Positions 24,959 to 37,400 of a stretch of 64,000 bases of DNA are shown piece by piece. Numbering within the stretch: position 1 is the first letter of the stretch; each line of letters opens with the position of its first letter. Source of the stretch: Takakia lepidozioides (lineage: Eukaryota > Plantae > Bryophyta); assembly GCA_030704615.1 (NCBI GenBank), contig CM060733.1, positions 10,106,001 to 10,170,000 on the forward strand, in the 5' to 3' direction. The notes below the pieces were generated by a model. It searched no databases. It was not told the DNA's origin and saw only the letters and a program-made list of their open reading frames with translations. The translations under genes and the position numbers were made by a program.

Positions 24959-27900
24959 ATAAAAATTACTGATACATCTAAAAAGCAACTTTTAAACCTT
25001 ATTATTACCTTGTTTTGAGAAAACTGTCCAAATGAATAAACTCCTCAATGTGCATGGGATCATAGAGTCCATCCTTCAAATGTTCCCTCCATATTTGTTA
25101 ACCTTCTTTATCTCTTATCATTATTTTTCTCCCAAAATTTTTACAAGCAAGTGTTAAATGTTAAGTGTTATGATGTTTTTTTCCTCACTCTTAATTTAGT
25201 AAGCAACCTTTGATAATTGCTAATTTTTCAAAGGCAACTTGGTCTAAGGTCGTGAAATGTATTTGTCAACTTTTTAGTTTTACTTTATATGGGGATCATT
25301 AATCAAACTCTTTAATCTCTAACATAGGACTATCAAAGCAGTTAGAGGATGAAAGATGGGATATGGTTCTTCCGGATGCAATCGATGCAAACATCGAGGA
25401 GGAGGAAACCGCAGAAGTAGAGGTTGCGGTTCATTGTGTGTCTTATTCAATTATTTGTGAGGTTTTGACCAATATATATATATATATAGTTTAAGAGCAA
25501 CAGTATGAAGATGTTATCAAAGTAATCAAAAAAATCTAGCCTTGGAAAGAGAGAAGCCCACGTAACTAAGAGCCACTTCCCCTCGTGGCTAGCTACTGCC
25601 CCTTTTCAAGAGTGGCCCTATTAGCCTTGGATGAGACTATCACTAATGTTCAAGACTATTTGGCAATCAATATTGGATTCTTACTTTGTAGTTGATGAGC
25701 ATATTTGAAAATCATTTTTTCTCCCATAAGCTTTGTACATTTTGGGTTTCAAGCTTTGTGTAAGTGTTCCTTCTAGTAAGTGTGATTTTTGAGAGATTGT
25801 TATTCTATATCATTTTTTATTATTTTTTAACAAACTTACAAACTTACAGAGGGTAGAGCCCTTGGAATTTAAATTAAAAGATAATCGAGGAAAAAATAAC
25901 CTGTGAAGGCGAGTAATGAAGACTACCATCCCTAAACCAAAAAACTGAAAGAATAACATAGCAGGTGTAAAGACCCATGACGAACAAAATACACCAAGCT
26001 AAAATGGTCAGAGAAGGGAGAATGTTAACAATGAAATCAATATTTAAGATCTGATATGTATGTCCTACAAGCCTTAGTGGATCTCCATTTGCACAAACAA
26101 TGTGTTACTGCATTCGCCCAAATTTATGATAGAATAGTTGAGATTGATAACCAATTGTAGATTATAAGAATGTTGAAATTTGTGAATATGTTATTTGTGG
26201 AGTTATTCTTTCTCGGAATTTTTTATTAGCATGCCTATGTTTAATTATTCAATAAATATAGTTCAACAAAGACAACTCACTAAGTAGAGTGGAAACAATT
26301 GTATAGACATTTTAAGAGGTTATATATTGCAATGACATGAATTATTTTTTCTTAAGTAAATATTCAATATTATTACCTATATGTAATAATAGTTTCATGA
26401 TTGTCATAGTTCTATTATAAATAACTATTGTGTCATAATTTTTAATGAGTTTGTTTAACATCAAGAGACTGGAGACATATAGGGTACAAACCATCTGCAA
26501 GTGTAAGTGTAATAAGAGAGTGTCACCCCTCTCCAACCCACACAAACCACAAACACACATACGATCAATGAATTGGTCCATCCTCTGCAAACAATTGACG
26601 TCGATGTAGGTGCTTGCCACCTGTGCATGACAACTGTCGTTGGTGTGGGCTCTAGCTGATGTAAGTAATAAGATCCGATTGATTTGAGCTGTCACGCTCC
26701 TCACTGATCACTGCCTTCCAAGGTACGGTGACCCAAGCTAGCGTTTTATCGCGTTTACAACACCATTTCTCTCGCTTCATGTGGGATTCCTTGGTGCTGA
26801 GCCGCACATTGTTCTTCAGATTCTCAATTGGTTGTGTTGGAGCTTTAACTATCAGTAGCTTGGACTGACCTTTGTCGATACTTTCCCCACTAATCGTATC
26901 AGTTGTGTTCTCGACTTGTGGAGTGGGAGTCTCAATGTGGGTCATGTAGATCCGTTCTCTGTCCCCTCTCTTTCTCTCTCGTGCTTCTTCACACGGATGG
27001 ATGAGGTCTACACTCTTTGAGGCATGGGCGAGGAAATAAGGTCGCTCACACCCATGGCAACAAGGCTGCGCCGCCAGGTTTTCTCTCTCCCTGCCTCTCT
27101 CCCTATCTCGTTTGAAGCATGGAAAACCATCGTGCATTCACAGAGCACAATTCCTTCTCACGAGGGTTTGGGTTTTTACTAAGAAAATTTCCCCATAGAT
27201 GCGACCTAGATTTAACTGGATTCACAATCAGCGTATCCCAACTGATAACTTCCAATGTGATTGCAGCCGTTATTTGAACAATTGGTAACAATCTCGTCCC
27301 TTGGATTACACTCTTGATACTCACATTGCTTTTTGGTGGAGTTGACAACAAGGTTCGCACTTGTGACCTGAATTTGCAAGTTTCCAACCGAAGTCTGGGG
27401 GGTTTATATTTGGCTGTAAGTGCCAATAGTTGCTGGGTAAAATGCCCCATCTCCGATTCGCCAGAACAGAAAATAATCTTGATACAGGAAGCAGGCTTGC
27501 TCCGTGCTGTTGAGGTAAACAGTACAAATTGATTATTTTCAAACTAAGCACCTTCTATCTTTGCTTATGGAGCTCATGAGCTGGTTTTCATCCAAAGGAA
27601 CCACCTAGATACGTAATCTGATAGAGGCTGGAAAGGATTTTTGCATTGACTTGAAAGCAAAGGCAGAAATTATGAGTAGCCTTGCCTCCTTGATCCCTCT
27701 TGGCCTCTCCCCCTCACACTAACGTTGCAAAAAGGTTGTTGTTAGAGGAAGGGGAACTATGGCAGATCCATGCTGAATTTGGCACCCAACTGGGATTATA
27801 CAATTGTAGGTCAATGGTGAAGAGGCTCTGGTTTAAGTCTTACAGACGCAGTCGTGAGGCATTGATCAAGGGGTTTTCTTCTTGTTTCTTTGTTTGTTAC

Positions 27901-28446
27901 ATAAGTTCTTTGGGCTTCCCATGGTTGTTATGAAAGTTTCTTTCTTTATTTATATGTCTCTCTCCCTCTTGTTTTCTTCTTTCTCTTCAAGCGGGACTGT
28001 AACAGGTTGATCAGACTCAAAAAATTCCATGTGCAATAGACATGGGGACTATCGCCAGCTCACAATGGAAACCAAACTATAACTACGCCTTCCTCAACAT
28101 TATAGACCAGCATTATTAGTCCTCTGTACCTCTCTGCTGTGTTTTCCACGTCACTCATGAAAGCTGTGGGTAACTTCAGAGTCGATGCTCACACTCTTTG
28201 GATGTACCCAGGAGGATGGAATAAGACACCTAGTGAGGATAGTCCAGTTGTACAACTCGTGAGATGGAGCTTTATTTCTTCATCTCAGGCAGATTTTGGG
28301 GTCTTTTCAGGGATTCCTCACTTGGAAAGCCATAGGACCTTCATGCTTTCTGTGGACACGATGATTTTTTTCCTTCATCTGAGGGTGGCCTCACCACAAG
28401 GCTACAACAAGCAATGTCTCATGGGTGCATCGTCTCTCTCTCTCAG

Positions 28447-31400
28447 GAAAGTGAGGTGGAGCAGGAGCTGAAGCTAGCTTTAGAGGAGGCGTGTCTGGAA
28501 GCTGGTGTCACACTTGCTCCTGCCACCTCTCCAATGGTTGGCCTTTCTTTCCCTTTCTCTGCCAGTGCATCATCAATTTCCAATTTGTTTCCTGTTTATT
28601 TTGAACTTGGTAGTAGAGGTGAATGAGTTTTAGAGGTTTTTGTTGAAACTTCAAAGGTGTCCTTGTGGTGTGAATGGAGGTAGGCATGGAGCCTGTTTGA
28701 GGACAACAATGACTCGCCTGGAATGGGAGAGCTGTTGGACTGGGTTTCTCTTACTCGACGTCGCAGCTCCTCCTCACTTTCCAAGTATTGGAAACATACG
28801 TCTCCTCTATCTGTTGAGAGACCTTTCACGGTGGGAGAACAGCCTGAGGAGGAGCTTACCGGGTAGGGTTTCGGACAAGCATGCTTTTTCACAGCTAGTT
28901 TCCACTTCAATTTCATTAGTCAGGGCTTGAGAAAATCCGGTGCCATAATTATTTACCTTCTTTGTTTGCCTCATCGTCTCTTAGCATCATAGATATAGGA
29001 ACTGAGTCATCAATTCATCTTTGTAAATAGCCAGTATAAGATATCACGTCAACTTGGTTTGAGCATCTCAAGTGCAATATAGGAGCAATCCAGACGTTCT
29101 CACCTTCCACTTGCATGACACATTAGAGTATACCAGGTAGAAGAGCACAGATTGTAATGTAGCTTTTATTTTCATTCTTTTTGGATACCATATTATTTGC
29201 AATATATCTTGTTTTTGGTTGGTTCAAGAACCTCTTGCGAATTGGATTGTCCCCTGTGGAACCTGCAATGTGAATTTGAGTGAGATCAGATTGATTCTGC
29301 TAGTTGTGAATCTTGCAGGCCCAATGATGCACAATGTGCACAAGTGGAAGAGCACCCCTCACCAGGGATAACTTTGAAGGAGAGACTGGGGAACGCAACA
29401 GAACTTGATGTGGGGTCCAAGGATTTATCTTGGAATATGCTCCTCTCAGTCCATCCAATAGAGCACATGTCTGACAGTGATGAGAATCTCGGTGACTTTG
29501 GACCATCCGGAACTATTGAGGTACCCCCTTTTCTTATTTTCAAGTAACTTTTGATTAAGGGGAAAACGACCCAGATCAAACTTTGTGGAAAACGTCCAAA
29601 CCTTGGCAAGCCAAGAAATACCGCTCAATGGCTGAAATGGTTGTTGGTCTTCTGCAGGTGACTGTGAACTCAGGTGGGGTGGTCTATTTTGCCTTGCTTC
29701 AAAATAGCCACGTGGAAAATGGAGAAGAAAAGCATGCACATACAAAGGCAAATGAAGCGGCTGCGGTCTTCAAGTTTGCACCGTCTAGGCTGGCTACACA
29801 GTCAGAGCGTCTGGGACTTGAACTGGCTCGGCACTTGGGTGTTGCAACTCCGCAGGTGAGAGGGAAAGAAGTGTATTAGGTCCACATAAGAGAGGACAAG
29901 AAATGAAATGGAACTTTATAATGTCCGCAGAAAGCTCAAAGAGCTTATGGGACAAAGGAAAGCAAGAACAAGAAAGAAAGACGAAGAGCCAGAAGCAGCC
30001 CAAAAGCAAAGAGAAAGAGAAGAAATGAAATGGAATGGTAGAAAGAAACGTACGACATCCACAAGAGTTCCAAAGGAAACAAATGAAATGAAATAGTACT
30101 TTACAATGTTCGTGGAAAGCTCAAAGAGCTTACAGGACAAAATGGAAAAAACAAGAGAGGAAACAAAATCAGAGCCAAAAAAACAGCCCAAAAGCAATTG
30201 TTGCTCAAGGGATTGTCTAAGGTGAAGGCCTCGTGCAGTAAGCTGCCAAGCATTTCTGATCCTCATAGTGGAAGACTTCAGTGAGAGATTGAGTTCCACG
30301 GAGTAGACAGTGGAATCTCCCACAGATCTCATATTATAGCTGGCAATTAAAGAAGAAACTGTGTTCTTCAGAAAGAAACAGAATTGGTTAGGTCCACTAA
30401 GGCCGAGAGGGCCTCTGGAATAGAAATACAAGAAGAATGAATGGAATGGAATGCTTTATAACGTCCGCGGAAAGCTCGTAGAGCTTATGGGACAAAATGG
30501 AAGAAAACATGAGAGAGGAACAAATCCAGAAACCACAATTAATGTTCTAGCGATTGTCTAAGGGTGAAGGCCTCGTGTAGGTAGGCTGCCACGCATTTTT
30601 GATCCTCATAGTGAAAGACATCAGTGAGAGTTTGGGTTCCACTGAATAAACAGTGAAATCTCCCACGGATCTCGTAGTATAGAGGGCAGTAGAAGAAGAA
30701 GTGTTCTTCAGTTTCAATTTCCTTGCTGCGCCCTATGCAAGCTGGACATAGGCGGTCCTCCCGTTGCAGGTTTTCCCATCTGCCAGTCTCTATCCGTAGG
30801 TTGTGGGAACCCACCCTGAACCGCCCAATGCCCTCAAGAGGGAAGGAGATAAGGGTGCTGAAAGGTAATTTGGTCTCAAGATTCTATCATCGCGGAGCAC
30901 CAAGAATGTCTCTCGATAGAAGTGGAGCTTTGTCGTGAGATTGGGTAGCATCCAAGTTCTCTTGACATGTAATTCCATAAGCTCTCTCCGAATGAGTCTG
31001 TTGCGGTCATGTCTGGATGTGATGTCCACCTCATCTGGGTTCATTGGTAATAGGAAAGCAGTAGAAAGTCCGTTATGTTGAAATAAACTGTCCACTCGAG
31101 CATACCAGGAGTTCCTGAAACCTGCAGCTTTGAGCCTCATAGATGTTGTGAGGGCCCTTGCCACCAGCCCTTTGGGTGGAAGGGCCTGCAATCTATGGAG
31201 AAAGATTGTAAGCCTGAAGAGGGCCTCAGATTGCAATGGTACACATGCGAACTCTGCACCTAGGATCTGAGATGGAGTTGTGCTCCTGGCGCCAAGCATT
31301 GCTTGGAGAAAAGATGACTGTAATGGTTCCAAATTCTTTTCCCACCAGGAGACAGGGACACCAGGTGCCCAGAACTCACAACCATAGATGGTAGCAGGGC

Positions 31401-34400
31401 TGACGACGGTGTCAAACAGCCACTTTTTGGTCGGGGGATGCCGCAGATGTATTTGCTTGCATTTGGCCTGAAGGCGGACGGAGGCCGCCTTACCTTTAGT
31501 CAACCTGTCCAAGGCAGTAGCTGCAAAGTGAAACTTGGGGGAGTGGATAACCAGACCTAGGTACCGGTATGATTTCACAATCTCAATTTCCTGCTGGTTG
31601 AAGATGAATCTACGATCAGCCTGGCCATTGAAGACCATGATCTTGGTCTTGCTAAGATTGACCTGCATCCCATAGTCTTGCAGAACTGTTCCAAAATTTT
31701 GAGATGGCGTTGCAGAAAGACCGGGGATTGTGCCAAAAGGGCAACATCATCAGCATAGAGGAGATCTGATTGGGTTGGTCCCCCATCCAATGGGACCCCA
31801 ACCCCATGGTTTTTTGATATGTAATTCTCCAAGGCGTCAATGTAGATCCCGAACAGGGTGGGTGAAAGGGGGCAGCCCTGTTTGACTCCAATGTTGCTGT
31901 GGATCTCGGCTGAGAATTCACCAGCGACGTTGACCATGCCAGTGACAATCTCATACATAGAAGAGATGGCACAAAGGATGTCTGGAGGGACTTCCACTCT
32001 ATGGAGCCGTTGGAAGAGAAGGTCCCGAGGAACTGAATCAAAGGCTTTGTGAAAGTCCACGAAGCGAACATAGACCATTCTTTTGTCATAGCGTGCACTT
32101 TCCACCATAACTTGAAGAGTGAAGATGTGGTCAATAGTGGATCGGTTTCGACGGAAACCAGCCTGTCCCTCAGCACGAATGCGAGAGTACTCAGCCCAAT
32201 CATCCAGTTCCATGGCCACTACTTCCCCAAACAGTTTAGCAAGTAATGAGGACACCATGATAGTATGATAGTTTGTCGGTGCGAGCCTGTCACCGCTCTT
32301 AAAAAGTGGGTGGATGATGCTCTTTGTCCACTCTGTTGGAAAGCCCCGTTGCACCACCTCATTGAAGAGGTTAGCTATAAAAGGGGCTAAAGTAGGTGCA
32401 GCATGCTTGATGAATTCACTCTGAAGTCCTGAAATGTCCACCGCTCTGCCATTTTGCAGCTTCTTGATTGCCTTACTGACATTGGCTGTAGTAAAGAGAG
32501 AGAAGATGAAAGTGTTTATTAGGTCCACAGGAGGCCTATGCGACATAGTAGGACTAGAAGAGGGAGAAAGACAAAAGGGAAAGGAATTTCTTATATCTGG
32601 AGGCCCAGAGGGCCCATAGGACTAAGTAGAACTACAAGTCCATATTAAAATACCCAAAAAACTCAATAGAGATTGTACTCTTAGCACATTTGCTGACATT
32701 AGCCTCTAGCCCCCAAAGATCAAAGTATCTCTTCGCGCAATCAATCAACTCCTGGAGATTGGTTGGAGTCTCCCCTATGCCTGCGAAGTCATCCGCAAAC
32801 ATAAGGGCTGGTATGGTGGTATCACCCACCCTTAACCCAAATCCCTCACTTTCCACATCCTCGAGGAGTTGATTGATAAAAACATTGAAGAGCAGAGGGG
32901 AGAGAGTACATCCTTGAGCTACACCTTGGTCTATGTCAAAGAAGTTGGACTTCTGTCCGTTAACAGTGACACAGCTTTTGGTGTGAGCATACAAGTTGTG
33001 GACAACTCTCCACATCTTTCCCTTGATCCCACAAGACCAGAGGCGGAACCATAGGCCATCTCTCCACACTGTGTCATAAGCCTTTTTGACATCCAGGAAA
33101 AAAACATAAGTGGGTTTCCCTTCTTTTTCCTTCCCTGGATAATCTGGCTTAGAGTGAAGATATGATCCACACAGCCCCTGTTTCGCCGAAAGCCAGCTTG
33201 GCCTTCGTGGAAACAACCTCTAGACTCCAGATCAACCTCGAGACGAGTACTTATAACTCTGCAGAATGTCTTGCCAACAGCATTGAGGAGCGTGATGCCA
33301 TGGTAGTTCCCCGGTTCTTCTCTGTCACCCTTCTTGTATAGATTGACAATGACCCCCTGTCACCAGCGAAAGGGGATCATTTCAATCTTCCAGATAAGGT
33401 TAAAGAGGAGAACTAGGGCCTCTATCATGGGATCGCCACCGTGCTTGATAAGCTCGTTGACAATACCATCAGGTCCACCAGCTTTATATCCATTTAAATG
33501 TTCAATTGCTTCCACAATCTCAGAAGAACTAATGGGAGCGTTATAAGCCATTGAAATATACTCCAGTTCATCAGGGCTGTTGTGAATCATAGGAACAGTT
33601 TTTCCAACTGTGTCCCTCCATTCAGCGGAAGACCCCTCACTGTTAGACCTAGAAGTTCTGCCAAGGATACTGTAGTGATTTTCAAAGGTTTTGACAATGT
33701 CAACCGATGAAGTCACCACTGCAACTTTAGTAGTCTTCAGCGCTTGTACTTGCTGACCGTTTTTAGGCTTGTACAAACATTGAAGGGCCAACCAGAATTC
33801 TTGTCATTACCACCATGGTGGTTTGAGTTTATTTCACTGTATAACTTGTCCCAGTATAATTTCTTCTGAGACCTAACAAGCTGATTGATATCTTTACGGA
33901 GCTGGTAGTACCTCGCCCACAATTCTCTGTTGGTTTTCAAATTGCAGCACTCTTTATAAAGGGCTCGTCTCTCAGCTATCTTGAGTTTGATCTCATTGAT
34001 TAACAGCTCTACCGCAGACAATTAGTTTCCTCCCAATGATCTTGTCAGCCACGGAGGAAACGAAACTCTCCCAAGAGTTCACTGCTCTTTCGACTTCATT
34101 TCTTGCGTTGTCAGAGCGAGACTGAGTTCTTGGAGCGATTGGACAAAATGAGGGAGAGCCTCTTGCAAGGCCTGGACGTACTCAGCCTTGACCTCCTCAA
34201 TTTTTCTATGCGCCACTTCCGAATCGAACGTTTCACAGATCTCTTGGTGTTGGGAAAACACCTTTTGATCTCAGTCCAAACCAGGAAGTGGTCAGAGGTA
34301 CCAATATCAGTTCTGTCGATCAACACATTGGCACACTGGGGAAACAAATTTTTGTCCATTATGATATAGTCCACAATGGAACGTTCCCCAGTTTGGGATT

Positions 34401-37400
34401 TCTCACGAGTCCACTGCACTTGGTCACCTCTTGTCCTGTTATTCAAGGTCAAAAGCTGAAGCTCTTCCAGACAGTTAATTAACCGTCTGCCATTAGAATT
34501 CAGCTCGTCCTCACCAAAAGGCCCAATGATATCGTCCTGATGGAGCCCTTTGCCCACCCGGGCACTGAAGTCACCCAATAGCACTACCTGACCTTTGGCA
34601 AGGAACGAAGCACAGTCCAGCTTTACATCTTCGAAGGCTTTGTCTGCGTCAGCACTAAGGGTCCCCTCTGTGGGCATGTAAACACAACCCACAAAGAGGT
34701 CCTTCGTACTCATGCCGCCCTTCAGATTCAGTTTTAGCCAGATACTATGCTCGTACCTCAAACCCTTGTTGATAATTTCACAATTATCAAACAAGAAATC
34801 ACGGACAAAAAATCCAACCCCTTTTTGACCGCGTTTGGCAGAGGCTGCCTTGAGAGTACACATCCTACCTGCCCATTTATAACCATTGACATCTCCAACC
34901 AGTTTATCCGACGTTTCCCATGTTTCTTGCCCAGCACAGATATGAATATCATTAGTCCGAAGGACTTGTCCCACTTCGAGTTGTTTCCTTTGGTTAGTAA
35001 GCCCTGAGAAGTTGAAAGTGGCCAGCCGCAAGCCAGCCCTTTGCATGTGAATTGTTTGTCGTCTAGGTAGCTTTTGATTGCTCCTGGACGGCGAACCGTT
35101 CTGCAAAGGGGGGACAGTTACCCCATGTGTAGATTTTGCTCGTCTTGTGTAGACTTTGAGAATTGGTAAACCATTCAGGGTACCAAATCCTTCAGTTACA
35201 CGACGCACAGGCTCTGCACACTTAGGGGCATATTGTCCGTCAGACTGCTTGGGGACAATTACCCCGTGTATAGATTTTGCTTGTCTTGTGTAGACTTTGA
35301 GGATTGGTAAACCATTTAGAGTACCAAATCCTTCAGTTACACGACGTTCAGGCTCTGCACACTTAGGGACAGATTGTCCATCTGACGGCTTGGGGACAAT
35401 TACCCCATGTATAGAATTTGTTCGTCTTGTGTAAACCTTGAGGATTGGTAAACCATTCAGAGTACCAAATCCTTCAGATTCAGGACGTTCAGGTTCTGTA
35501 CACTTAGGGGCATCTTGTCCTTCTGGCTGTTTGGATTCAACCTCATCCAGAGCATCAAACCGATTAGAAACTCTCAAGTTGAAGTCCTTGCCCTTGGTTG
35601 TCTTCCTAGAGTGCCCCATTGAATCACCAATGTCTAAGACCGCTCTCCAGCCAGTCAAGGGACGAACTTCTTTGAGATTGAATTGATGTGAGACTCTATT
35701 AGAAGCACTTTTGGACATTGCAACCTTCAACGTACCCCTGTTATCAAGTCTCGAGATGGAACCATTAGCCAAGAAATCCAAGCCTAAGCTAGAGCATGTA
35801 GTTTTAAAGGACACATCGTCCATCCTGGGATTCACCCCAAAAACTACACATGAAGCCCTAGATTTGGCATAAGTAACCAATTCCCAGGAATCACCCTGGG
35901 GAGTGTTGATGTTGATAGGAGCTAAAATATTGATTGATCTCGCAGGCTATAAGTTTAAGCACAGGAACCAACCCGAGCCCAAGTGCCGAGTATGCTATAC
36001 AGAGCATACGACTGCCCAAATTGGGCGGAGGGGCTGCCCCCAAGCGGTAGGGGTCCGCTTGTTACCATTCAGAGATCACACTCCAGGGAGTTGCAGGGAA
36101 TGGCCCGTAAAGAGGGAAAGGCCCCAAGCTTTCCAACTAAATCCAATGCACTACCTTACCTGGAGCAAAGCGCTTCAGGTCGAAACAAACAAGGACATGA
36201 GGTCACAAGGCCGGCATTTAGTCACAGAGACATTAATGTACTCCCGTATCAAGTCCACCCAATGGCAATAGGCTTCCTAGAGGACAGGGAGAGGAAACTC
36301 AATAGAGAGATCAAGAAATGAAATGAAATGAAATGAAATGGTGCTTTATAACGTCCGCGGAAAGCTCGTAGAGCTTATGGGACAAAATGGAAGAAAACAT
36401 GAGAGAGGAACAAATCCAGAAACCACAATTAATGTTCTAGCGATTGTCTAAGGGTGAAGGCCTCGTGTAAGTAGGCTGCCACGCATTTTTGATCCTCATA
36501 GTGAAAGACATCAGTGAGAGTTTGGGTTCCACTGAATAAACAGTGAAATCTCCCACGGATCTCGTAGTATAGAGGGCAGTAGAAGAAGAAGTGTTCTTCA
36601 GTTTCAATTTCCTTGCTGCACCCTATGCAAGCTGGACATAGGCGGTCCTCCCGTTGCAGGTTTTCCCATCTGCCAGTCTCTATCCGTAGGTTGTGGGAAG
36701 AAAGAAGAACGAAAGAAACTTCTGACGTTTGTGAGAAGGAAAGAAACAGAGAAGAAAGACGCTTTATACCGGGCCCCTAGAGCCCATGGGACAAATAGAA
36801 AAACAAGAAACCACTTCAGAAACTGTCAAACAAACCCCCGAAGTTGAAGTGCCTCATGTGGATAGGCTGCCTGGCACTTCGGGGTCTCAAAGCTGAAGCT
36901 TCTGCCAAAGGGCCCAAGGGGTACAAGTAGCAAACAAAGAACACGTGATAACAAATCGTAGAACCACAGGATGGGAAGAAAACAGAGAATGTACTCATAA
37001 GATGTTGTTTGCCATAGACCATTGTGGCCATAGACCCCGGGCCCCAGGTTGGGCTGAACAAGAGGGAACAAACACTACCTTTGTGAGGGGATCACTCCAG
37101 TAGTTGGACGCTATAAACATTTAGTTCAGGCTTTCGAGATTTCCTCTAGAAAGCCCTTCACACAATCATCAATCTGCTGTGTGTCAGCTGCCCAGCAATA
37201 AGAACCCAACAGGGCCAGGGCTTTAGGCTCAGCCTTGAGATTTTGAAAGTTGTTGAATAGAGGTGCAGGGACTATGGTCTTGATGGTCCTGAAGATGGTT
37301 GCTCTTTGATGAGAATACCCCGGACACTATCAGAAAATGGATATTGTCTTCAGGACACCTGCACATTGGGCATTGACGATCTCCCTTCCTCTCTGCATAT

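Noticed and set aside
26990-28440. Candidate first exons of PHS1 (e.g. ATG at 27054, donors at 27078 and 27514)
   Set aside because: No conserved motif or unique phase-consistent path could be established, so they were left out of the gene model.
35903-36271. Plus-strand ORF with CxxC...H...C read as a gag zinc knuckle
   Set aside because: The spacing is non-canonical, and the region lies inside the TSD-bounded leader of a minus-strand LINE, so it is most likely an antisense chance ORF.
30452-36699. Direct repeats flanking RT-coding DNA read as an LTR retrotransposon
   Set aside because: The repeats are LINE C-terminal coding sequence plus 3' UTR with microsatellite tails. They lack TG...CA ends, PBS and PPT, and the interior is APE/non-LTR RT with no integrase.
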